The notes beneath the pieces are model-generated. The model did not search any database. It worked only from the letters and a program-made list of their open reading frames with translations, and was not told the DNA's origin. From contig NC_069003.1 in the NCBI RefSeq assembly GCF_001194135.2, positions 34,066,132 through 34,103,807 of the forward strand: 37,676 bases of DNA. Direction: 5' to 3'. Origin of the DNA: Octopus bimaculoides (Eukaryota). Positions 10,020-21,366 of this stretch are shown piece by piece. Made by a program: the position numbers and the translations under genes. Position 1 is the first letter of the stretch, and every line of letters begins with the position of its first letter.

Positions 10020-10150
10020 ACAAAGAAGCGAGGCCGAGTTCGTAGTTTTTTTCTCTTCCGGTTCTTACATTGTTTACATTTCGTTGCTAGGGGAGCAGCT
10101 GACAGTTGATACAGTCGGCATCATGCTAGCTGAGGTGGAGCGCATGCGCA
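10020..10150 (-). promoter_or_regulatory. Candidate PPP1R42 promoter / first non-coding exon region
   Basis: CpG-retaining island with an ETS core (CCGGAAG on the minus strand, 10055-10061), an RFX-like half X-box GTTGCTAGG (10083-10091) and the NRF1-type palindrome GCGCATGCGC (10140-10149). Minus-strand GTAAGA donors lie at 10068 and 10021. Confidence 0.45.
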
Positions 10151-10774
10151 GTCAGTTAACTAAACCGTTCTCTCTGGTTGTAAAACTAGGAACGGTTCTA
10201 ACGAACCGAATTAATTTGCATGCCCCCCCCCGTATGTGTTACGCGCGCGCGCGCACGTGTATACACGCACGCACACACACAAGCGCACGCACCGGCACAA
10301 ACACACGCATATGCACGCGTACACATACACACGCGCGCGCGCACACACGCATACTAGTGTTCGGCCCTCTGGATTTTCACCTCAAATTTCGGTACGGTCA
10401 AGTTTGTCTTTCATTCATTCTCCGTGAGGATCGATAAACTGAGCATCAGTCACAGGTCTGAATTTATCGATCACAATCTATGTATCTCTCCGACACATAC
10501 TCGTGTATCTAAATAGTCTTGTGTCTATGTCACCCGTCTATAATTACTCCATTATTCAAACCCCCATCGATGTCATCTTTAAATTTCATCCTTCCACACA
10601 AAATATTTGTGATTAAATTAATAAGGGTTTTAATTGTTTAAGAGGGATATTTTAAACCCGCTACTCACCTCTAAGATATTTATTTCTCTCAATTATAAAC
10701 TGATAGCGGGAGATTTACAGCTGTAGCTAATGGTTATTAAAATAATTTTTTTTATATGTATATTTTGAAGGGGA

Positions 10775-11109
10775 TGTTGGCACTCCGTCGCTTACGACGA
10801 CGAGGGTTCCAGTTGATCCGATCAACGGAACAGCCTGCTCGTGAAATTAACGTGCAAGTGGCTGAGCACTCCACAGACACGTGTACCCTTAACGTAGTTC
10901 TCGGGGATATTCAGCGTGACACAGTGTGACAAGGCTGACCCTTTGAATTACAGGCACAACAGAAACAGGAAGTAAGAGTGAGAGAAAGTTGTGGTGAAAG
11001 AGTACAACAGGCTTCGCCATCATCCCCTGCCGGAGCCACGTGGAGCTTTAGGTGTTTTCGCTCAATAAACTCTCACAACGCCCGGTCTGGGAATCGAAAC
11101 CGCGATCCT
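10775..11109 (-). mobile_element. tRNA-derived SINE family E, CpG-intact, head cut by a gap
   Basis: Minus strand begins aggatcgcggtttcgattcccagaccgggcg (B-box GGTTTCGATTCC); many CpGs are retained. Single copy in the window. Confidence 0.6.
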
Positions 11110-12189
11110 NNNNNNNNNNNNNNNNNNNNNNNNNNNNNNNNNNNNNNNNNNNNNNNNNNNNNNNNNNNNNNNNNNNNNNNNNNNNNNNNNNNNNNNNNNN
11201 NNNNNNNNNNNNNNNNNNNNNNNNNNNNNNNNNNNNNNNNNNNNNNNNNNNNNNNNNNNNNNNNNNNNNNNNNNNNNNNNNNNNNNNNNNNNNNNNNNNN
11301 NNNNNNNNNNNNNNNNNNNNNNNNNNNNNNNNNNNNNNNNNNNNNNNNNNNNNNNNNNNNNNNNNNNNNNNNNNNNNNNNNNNNNNNNNNNNNNNNNNNN
11401 NNNNNNNNNNNNNNNNNNNNNNNNNNNNNNNNNNNNNNNNNNNNNNNNNNNNNNNNNNNNNNNNNNNNNNNNNNNNNNNNNNNNNNNNNNNNNNNNNNNN
11501 NNNNNNNNNNNNNNNNNNNNNNNNNNNNNNNNNNNNNNNNNNNNNNNNNNNNNNNNNNNNNNNNNNNNNNNNNNNNNNNNNNNNNNNNNNNNNNNNNNNN
11601 NNNNNNNNNNNNNNNNNNNNNNNNNNNNNNNNNNNNNNNNNNNNNNNNNNNNNNNNNNNNNNNNNNNNNNNNNNNNNNNNNNNNNNNNNNNNNNNNNNNN
11701 NNNNNNNNNNNNNNNNNNNNNNNNNNNNNNNNNNNNNNNNNNNNNNNNNNNNNNNNNNNNNNNNNNNNNNNNNNNNNNNNNNNNNNNNNNNNNNNNNNNN
11801 NNNNNNNNNNNNNNNNNNNNNNNNNNNNNNNNNNNNNNNNNNNNNNNNNNNNNNNNNNNNNNNNNNNNNNNNNNNNNNNNNNNNNNNNNNNNNNNNNNNN
11901 NNNNNNNNNNNNNNNNNNNNNNNNNNNNNNNNNNNNNNNNNNNNNNNNNNNNNNNNNNNNNNNNNNNNNNNNNNNNNNNNNNNNNNNNNNNNNNNNNNNN
12001 NNNNNNNNNNNNNNNNNNNNNNNNNNNNNNNNNNNNNNNNNNNNNNNNNNNNNNNNNNNNNNNNNNNNNNNNNCACATAAAATCACTTGCCTAACAAGTA
12101 CACCTCCAAAAGCACAGAAAGTGAAAAAAAAAACAACTATTAAATGTAATTAAAATATATTTATAAACTTATATCTATAAGCCATAGAC

Positions 12190-12467
12190 ACAGGTAAGAA
12201 GCTTGCCTCCCAACCACATGGTTCTGCGTGGCACCTTGGGCAAAAGGATGTGTGAGTGGAAACTGAAAGAAGCCCCATTGTATGTATATATATATATATA
12301 TATATACTCTTTTATGCTTTTATCTGTTTCAGTCATTTGACTGCGGCCATGCTGGAGCACCGCCTTTATAGTCGAGCAAATCGACCCCAGATCTTATTCT
12401 TTGTAAGCCTAGTACTTATTCTATCGCTCTCTTTGCTGAGAACCGCTAGGTTACGGGGACGTAACAC
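12190..12467. mobile_element. Two SINE A fragments (internally deleted head on +, 12190-12285; 3' half on -, 12310-12467) joined by (AT)n
   Basis: Both fragments match other family A copies in the window. Confidence 0.75.
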
Positions 12468-12468
12468 T

Positions 12469-12598
12469 ATAAGGTGGTTCAAAAGTCACCATTCATAGGA
12501 AAATTTACTTTTTTTATATAAGAAACAGTTAAATAAAAAAAACTGTTATAAAAAAATAAATTGTTCTTATGTAATGGCGGCTTTTGAATCACCCTGTG
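12469..12598. mobile_element. Tc1/mariner-type MITE (~130 bp)
   Basis: Imperfect ~21-bp TIRs aaggtggttcaaaagtcacc / ggcggcttttgaatcaccctg, AT-rich interior and TA-rich flanks. Confidence 0.55.
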
Positions 12599-12656
12599 TA
12601 TAACTAAACGGAACAATTTCCATTTATTTAATTCTGCTATTCATATTGAACGAGAT

Positions 12657-12692
<36 letters not shown>

Positions 12693-13197
12693 AGACTCTT
12701 ATATATTAACAGGTGTTGCTAGATACTCAATATTGATCAGTGGTGGGAAATTAACAACACGCTAACATTAATAAAGGTTTATGATGTAAAAAAAATTGAA
12801 TAATGAGATTCTTNNNNNNNNNNNNNNNNNNNNNNNNNNNNNNNNNNNNNNNNNNNNNNNNNNNNNNNNNNNNNNNNNNNNNNNNNNNNNNNNNNNNNNN
12901 NNNNNNNNNNNNNNNNNNNNNNNNNNNNNNNNNNNNNNNNNNNNNNNNNNNNNNNNNNNNNNNNNNNNNNNNNNNNNNNNNNNNNNNNNNNNNNNNNNNN
13001 NNNNNNNNNNNNNNNNNNNNNNNNNNNNNNNNNNNNNNNNNNNNNNNNNNNNNNNNNNNNNNNNNNNNNNNNNNNNNNNNNNNNNNNNNNNNNNNNNNNN
13101 NNNNNNNNNNNNNNNNNNNNNNNNNNNNNNNNNNNNNNNNNNNNNNNNNNNNNNNNNNNNNNNNNNNNNNNNNNNNNNNNNNNNNNNNNNNNNNNNN

Positions 13198-13244
<47 letters not shown>

Positions 13245-14172
13245 CCTCTATCAATATATTTATGTCTATCTATCTACCTACCTACCTACCTACCTATCTA
13301 TATATATCTATCTATCTACCTACCTGTCTTTCTATCTATCTATCTATCTATTGATATGTCTGTCGATCAATCAATTCAATCCATTTAATGTGTGCGTGTA
13401 TGTATGTACGTACGTTTGTAAGTATGTATGTATATATGAATGTGTGCATGTGTATACAAATACACACAAACACACACAAATACATTCACCTATCGTCCGT
13501 ATTTACATACGTCTAATATACATAAAGATGTTGAAAGATCTCGTACTTGCTTGGCAAGTGACTGACTGTGAGAATGTAGATCGGAACTGAAATAATTCCC
13601 TTATTGAAAATTCTTTGAAACCATTTATAAAATCCACACAAAGACAAAAACTATTTTATTGTCTCCGTCTTTTTGTATTTCTTATTGTGTTGGTTCATTA
13701 TGGAGTGTCTCACCCTCAATAAATACAGTTGTTACTGTTCATTATGAATGATATTATTAAGAAATGAAACTGTTTGACAGCGAAATGGGCTGAATTGGTA
13801 GAGCTTCGGGTGGAGATTACAGTGTGGTATTCTTTATATTCTGAGTTCAAATCACACTGACGTGAACTTTGCTTTTTATTCTTCCATGGTCAATGAAACG
13901 AAATTTTATAACAAATACCTTTCAAGCGATGTAGATTACGATTTTTTGGCAAAATTTTTGGAAGAGGGCCGGGGAGAGGAGTATCTGGGAAATTGAGTTT
14001 CGAATCAGACGGCGCACATGAGATGGAATTTCTCCGTTTTTGACCGGGATTTTTTTCCAAGCAAAGTCTTCAGGATGATGGGAGGCAGGAATGATAATGT
14101 CTAAGTAACACACATCTAGTCCCAACTAAGTGAGGCTGTGCTATGTATGTGTGTGTGTGTAAGAAAAAAATA

Positions 14173-14373
14173 TCATCATCATCATCATCATCATCATCAT
14201 TTAACGTTCGTTTTCCATGCTGGCATGGGTTGGACGGTTCGACTGGGGTCTGGGAAGCCAGGAGGCTGCACTGGCCCCAATCTGATCTGGTAGTGTTTCT
14301 ACAGCTGGATGTCCTTCCTAATGACAACCACTCCGAGAGTGTAGTGGGTGCTTTTTACGTGCCACTGGCATGG
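14173..14373 (-). mobile_element. Dispersed repeat family C (SINE/LINE 3' end with (ATG)n tail)
   Basis: (cat)n-ttaacgttcgttttccatgctggcatgggttgga...ctacagctggatg. Copies lie at 23467-23620(-), 27642-27770(-), 29030-29493(+, interrupted) and 33410-33500(+), with a fragment at 35775-35825(+). Confidence 0.85.
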
Positions 14374-15561
14374 ATATTAAATGATGATGATGATGATGAT
14401 GATTACATATGCATATATATNNNNNNNNNNNNNNNNNNNNNNNNNNNNNNNNNNNNNNNNNNNNNNNNNNNNNNNNNNNNNNNNNNNNNNNNNNNNNNNN
14501 NNNNNNNNNNNNNNNNNNNNNNNNNNNNNNNNNNNNNNNNNNNNNNNNNNNNNNNNNNNNNNNNNNNNNNNNNNNNNNNNNNNNNNNNNNNNNNNNNNNN
14601 NNNNNNNNNNNNNNNNNNNNNNNNNNNNNNNNNNNNNNNNNNNNNNNNNNNNNNNNNNNNNNNNNNNNNNNNNNNNNNNNNNNNNNNNNNNNNNNNNNNN
14701 NNNNNNNNNNNNNNNNNNNNNNNNNNNNNNNNNNNNNNNNNNNNNNNNNNNNNNNNNNNNNNNNNNNNNNNNNNNNNNNNNNNNNNNNNNNNNNNNNNNN
14801 NNNNNNNNNNNNNNNNNNNNNNNNNNNNNNNNNNNNNNNNNNNNNNNNNNNNNNNNNNNNNNNNNNNNNACTAGTTCGTTTCGGTTAACATTTTCGGTTC
14901 CATGGTCTCACTTTTTCATGCAACTGACGCACCTGTCATCGAGCGACACGTAGTTTGTTATTTCTATCAAATTGAAAAGACAGATGAAATGTCTGCTTGG
15001 ATATGTCAGGCTTTTACAAACTTCTTTTCTCTCTTACCTTTGTTTTAATTTGAGCCGAGAGCAACGGAACAGAAAAACGGAGTGATATTTAGAAACGTTC
15101 TTTTTAAGATTATATCTTTAAACTTCTGGGTTTATAAACCAATATTTTCATTTAAAAAAATATATTCGTAAACGTTAACTAAAGAAACATCGTGTGTCCG
15201 TGTACATATATATAAATATATATTCATATATGTGTGTATATATATGAATATATATGTATATGGATATATAAACGATTATGTAATGTACATGTAGCATATG
15301 TTTGCTGTAATATATATTGTATGTAAATATTTAAAGTAGTGGAGATGACAGCTGCCGGTTAAATCGTCCTCATCTACCTTTTTCTTTTATCTTCCGTCCA
15401 TATGTATAATTAATTAATTTCATCTTCCTCTCATTAACTTAAACCTTGGTTTTATCCCCCAAGTACCCAGTACACCTCACTTCAACGGTCATCTAATGCC
15501 ATCATCGGAATTAACTTCTATTATTATACGATAATAACAACAGACTTTATTCTATGAAACT

Positions 15562-15684
15562 ATGGCGTCTGCCTTGCTGGCCAGGACGGAATTCCCGATC
15601 TATACGATCCGTGCTTTGGATGAAAATCACTTTTTGGTGGCAGGAGGTGGAGGATCATCAAAAACAGGAGTCCCCAACGCCTTC
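15562..15684 (+). CDS. PREB: PREB coding exon 1 (41 codons)
   Basis: MASALLARTEFPIYTIRALDENHFLVAGGGGSSKTGVPNAF; donor GTGAGT at 15685. Confidence 0.93.
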
Positions 15685-18212
15685 GTGAGTTTGTTTATTT
15701 ATTTCAAATATGCTACATTGTGTATAACGAAACGATTATTCCATTCCACCATTGCTTTCACCCTGTCTCTCCTCCATGTAAAATATTTCAACTGTTGAGA
15801 AGAAATTAAACGGTTAAACACACAGACACGACAAGCACAAAACATTTAGAAACCGGGGAGAACTTTATTCACTGCATTCCACTGACATATTTCTCGTTTA
15901 TTCAGTAAAGAAGGGCCGCGCCCTAAACCTCACGACCCACCTCTCCTCACAACACACCAGGTTATTAACAGATACACGGCATCCAACCATATTATTAAAC
16001 TACACGTATGTCAAGACAGTTATATATATATACTGACATATTTAATTATAGATTCAAAATACCGAAGAACGTTAGCATGTCGTTTGTATAACTGAGAAGA
16101 AACCCTTGTTTAACCCTAAGTCAGCCGTAATCCACTAGACCTGTGATCAAAACCACTTCAGCCTTGATCCCGCTGTATTATATCTAGGACCGCCCTCCTT
16201 TTCTATTTAAAGACAGTAATACATTGTTTGAAGGGGATTTAGTTGTTCTGTCTAGAAAACATAGTGACCACGTAGAAGATTTCTTGTTTGGTTCATAGTC
16301 TATCGATGTTTCATACAGAGAATTCTTAGAAGCCGTAGAAATTGTCGAAATATGGTGTGGACCAAAGATTATTTGTATTTAGAATGTGATATATGGTTGA
16401 AATTTCTTCTGTCCTAATAATGCTCAACCAAGACTGACCTGTGGCTAAACAATATCACAACCGTTTATAATTACCCAACGCCTCTGTCCACGTATTTGAG
16501 TGTCTCTGTTGTTACTTAGTTTTTCCCCATCCCTTGAGGCCTCATTAAAAATACCTACGGTCAAAGACATTCCATCTGTGACTATTCCGTCTAATTTTTA
16601 CAGAAACTTAGGACAGCATTATCATGTATGTTCTTCCTTTTGTTTTAAGGCAGCGGGAGGGGTATAACTTAAGGTGGAATTGGCTGTTATGTCTAACAGA
16701 TCAAATGATTACACAGAGGGTCGAGTGCGCTTCCTTACGGTCGTTATGTATTTTCTTAATTGTGCATCTGTGTGTATAAATAATACACAACACAACTGAG
16801 TTTTGTTTTGTTAAAACCGCTGTAATCTCGCTCGTTGTGGCTTCGTAAACCGGGGTTTAAACATGTTTTTGACACATCAATAGACTTAGTCAAGTGTTTA
16901 CAGAAAAGCCTGGCTTAGGCGTTGTCGAAGTTTATTTGTTCAGAATGTAATAATGGGGTGGTACATAACTGAAATACCTTTGGATATTAATGTCTACACG
17001 GCTTAAGATGCCCTGGGGCGAGACAGCAGCAACAGAATACATACATACAGACAGACAGACACACATACATACGTAGCCACACGTACATACATACATACAT
17101 ACCCACACACACACACGTACATACATACGCACATACATACAAACGTACGTACATACATACACACACGTACATACATACATAGCCACACATACATACACAC
17201 ACACATACATACATACACATCTACATGCATACCTACGTACGTGACATACGTACGTACGTACGTACACGTTGTACCCTTCTTTACGTAATGCTATCCGTTT
17301 TATACGATTTTTAATTCAATACCTGTACTCTAAAGAAACAATTCCTTCGACTAGATTGTTTATAATCGGATCATAAATAAATAAATAGACTCCGTACTAC
17401 AACTGCCTCTTGCTGCACCGGAAGTGCATAAGGGTGTGGGCAGGCACCACTACCACGACGACCATCATCGTATTACGGTCGTCTCCCTTCCCCCGCACAC
17501 ACCCCTTGTTGGACAAGTCTTTCAGAACCCAACGTTGTACCGCCTATTGCCGTCCTTTGTCGTTCCCTTTCTCCACACCTCGCCACCCTTACCTTCTGTC
17601 AACCTTCGTTACTTCTTCTCCCCATATCTTGGTCTTTCAGTTCAACAGTTTCCTTAAGTGGCACTTCTTTACATCAAGGGTCCCTAGCCACATGCCAGCA
17701 CCAAGCAGTGGATTATTTGGTACCAGGCTACACAGAAAGAATACATTTTAAAATGTTATTGCTATTTTATCGACAGTTACAGCCTGCAAAGTGTTTTTGT
17801 ATTATATATGTATTATATATGAAATATATATGTATTATATATGAAATATAAATATATTATATATATATATAATAATTTAGTTATGTATTAAGCACTTTAA
17901 TGCGTTTTGTTCCAATATGGGAAAATTGCCATACATCAAACCGGTTTCTAATTAAAAAAAAGTTGGGGGCTATTGTTCTAGGCAGTTTATTCAGTTGTCC
18001 TCCTCATTTTAACATAGCAACATTTCCCTATCAGTTCTTCTCTCTTCCACCCTCTTACATCTCTCTCTTCAAATACCCTGGTTTTTCTCTCACTTCATCT
18101 TTATTTCTGTTAACATTACACATCCAGTGAAGCACGTGGTGCCATTTTATTCCAGATTTATATTGGAATAGGTATATCTACATAAGTTATGTATGTATAT
18201 AAAGATCAGTAC

Positions 18213-18260
<48 letters not shown>

Positions 18261-18268
18261 GTATTTAT

Positions 18269-18304
<36 letters not shown>

Positions 18305-19139
18305 GCAGGAGTGGCTGTATGGTAAGAAGCTTGCTTCCCAAGCACATTGTTCTGAGTTCAGTCCCACTGCGTGGCACCTTGGCAAGTGTCTTCTACTATA
18401 GCCTTGGGCCGACCAAAGCCTTGTGAGTGAATTTGGTAGACGGAAACTGAAAGAAGCCCATCGTATATATATGTATGTGTGTGTGTGTGTATGTACAAGA
18501 TACGTGTCTAGGATGAGCTGGAACACATCATCAGTGATGTAGCCTGGAGTTGTCAGATATTTTGAGTTGGTCAACTTCAGATGGCCTCACCCTGCCAAGG
18601 TTGATCAGATCTCATCTTTTGTCCTACCAGCAACAATTCATAGATCTTCCCTTTTAGTCCAAAGCCACTTTGTGACTTTGTCTGCAGTTTCACTCATGGA
18701 CTAAAAAGTCCTCTGCTTTGCCATTCCTGTAAAATCCAACCATTCAAGGATTTTGCAGAATGATCATTTTGCAAAACCTGTTTGGCTCATAACAGATTTT
18801 TCAGTCTCTCTTTCATCAGTTCCTGGTACTTGGTGTGTTCCCTCTCATTAATCCCTTAAATATGCTCTTCTCAAGGCCGTGTAAGGTCCAGTATGATCAA
18901 TTGTCTTGTTGTTTCTGAGATGAACATGGCTGGGTGAAGTAATGTTTGTACTGGCCACTGTGGAATGTCTAAATTTAAACGTTGCTTCCAGTTGTTTCTA
19001 ATTATGGATGTGGTTTGTCTCCAGCTTTGACATATCTAATTAACAATCAGAGGTTGCCCTTTAATCTTGTACTCCTGTAAAACCTTCCACAGCATGTCCT
19101 CTGACACATGGTCTGTTGCCTTTTTGCAACACAGGTACA

Positions 19140-19187
<48 letters not shown>

Positions 19188-19796
19188 ATGTATGTATTTG
19201 TATATGTATGTGTGCATGTATTTGTATGCTTTTGGGGTTTTCATTATCATATTTATTACACACACACACACGTCTTTGCAAGTGTATATAGATTTTGTTG
19301 CCTTTTCATTCAATTAAGTGGTTTATTGTGTTTTTTGTTGTTTTTTTTTTTGTCATCCGTTCATGTTTAAGCACCAGATGTCACATGACACCTGTTTCGT
19401 TACTCTTCTCACTGTTTTCTCCCTTTCTCTTTTCCCCTCACCCTCACTAATTTTTTCTCATACTTAACCCACATCCCTCACATACACATATGCACACACA
19501 TTTATAGCTATGTATATAGTTGCCGTTGTCAACTGTATTTTACATAAAGCTATCATTTTACAAGATCTGTTCAGAGTTGCCTCACTTAAGTGCTTCCCAT
19601 TGATAAAAACCAATGAGCTAAAAACATCAGTTGCTGGGAATCCTGATAGATGGCAACAATGAACAGACGGGGTGTTTCCATACTCTTCTATCATAAGAGA
19701 AAGATTTTCTCTACAGTAACTGCAGTAAATTTGCCTTTTTGCAGTTGAACTATGCCACAAACATATTTGAACTAACCTAAACTTTGCATATATATC

Positions 19797-19831
<35 letters not shown>

Positions 19832-21321
19832 ATGTATATATGTATACACACACACACACATATATATACACATATATCACATACGTTTATATATATACAG
19901 ACATCTGTTAGCGTTTACTTGCTTCAGTCATTGGAATGCAGCCATGCTGGGTAACCTCTTTAAAGGATTTGGTCAAACTAATCAGCTCCAGCACTTATAT
20001 TATTGCTATTATGTTAAACTGTCGTATTTCCAAATTTGGCCAAATGTTTTTTTTCTTTTTTTTTTCAATATTTATTTCTGCTTGTCAGTTCTTTTGTTCA
20101 AACTATCGTATCTCCAACTGATTGAGATGCCAAGATATCAAAAATTGCCGAAGTATAATACAACGGTTTTGCTATGGAAAAATTCCTGGGACCACACCTG
20201 TGCCTGGTTTCTGTTTCAGTTTATTTCTTCTCTGTTGTTCCTATGCAAACTGGAAGTCAGAATTATTCTACGTAACCAAAGAGGCAAAATCCAGCACCTG
20301 GGGATTTTATCTGGATTTTGGAAACTATCGTAAAGTGGTTATTATGGCAAATATTAAAATAGATACGTAAAATTAGCATTAAAAAAAAAAAAAACTGTAA
20401 ATTATAAATAGCAAAAAGAAAAAGATATAGAGAAACTTTAGGAAAAAACAAGGATTTTCAAATGAAACTATCCGATGAATTTAAAGTGCTAAAGGAAGAA
20501 GAGAGAGAGAGAAAGATAGAGAAAGAGGATTAAGACAAGAGTAGGTAGGTGGGTAGGTAGATAAGGATGGAGGGGTCGGATGGAGATGGATTTAGAAAGA
20601 TTACACACAGAAAATAATGAACACTGCAGTGATGACTGCAGAGGAATTGGTAACGATGCCAACGAACGGAGAAAATAGAAAATGGTAGAATTACATGGGA
20701 AAAGTCGAAAATAGGGAAGTTAGAAAACAGGATTTTCAAATAAAACTATCCAATAAATTTAATGTGCTAAAAGAGAAAGAGAGAGAGAGATGGACAAAGA
20801 AAGAAAGAGGATAAAGTAATAGAAGTAGGTAGATAGGGAAGTGGGGAGGGAATAGATGGAGATGGATTTAGAAAGATTATGCACACCAAATAACAAACAT
20901 TGTAATCATGATTACACAGGGATTGGTAACGATTCCAAGAAGAAATTGAAAAAATATTTGGAATAGAATCACCGTATTTTAATGTGTATAAGGAACCCTT
21001 TTTTGTCAAAACTTAGGTTAAAAAAATATGGGAGTTTCTCATAGTTTCTGATTATTGACAGTAATCTCATACATACATATATGAACATGTCTAGACATGC
21101 AACTATACATATATGTTGCATGTCTAGACATGCAGTTATATGCATGAGAATACATACATAAAGCAAACCATAGAAACCTGCACGTATAGATACATACATG
21201 CAAAAATACCCTGTTGTTGATGTAGAAACTCCATTGAAGGAGTCTTGGATCTTGGTTAGAAACCGGTTCTTTCTCTATTGACAAGAAATCTTGAAATAAA
21301 ACTAAATAATAACATGCTTAC

Positions 21322-21366
<45 letters not shown>

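Noticed and set aside
18520-18580. NSKYLTTPGYITDD resembling an RT 'KYLG' motif
   Set aside because: It lies after the stop of the HERO-like ORF and matches that element's 3' UTR pattern better than an RT domain.
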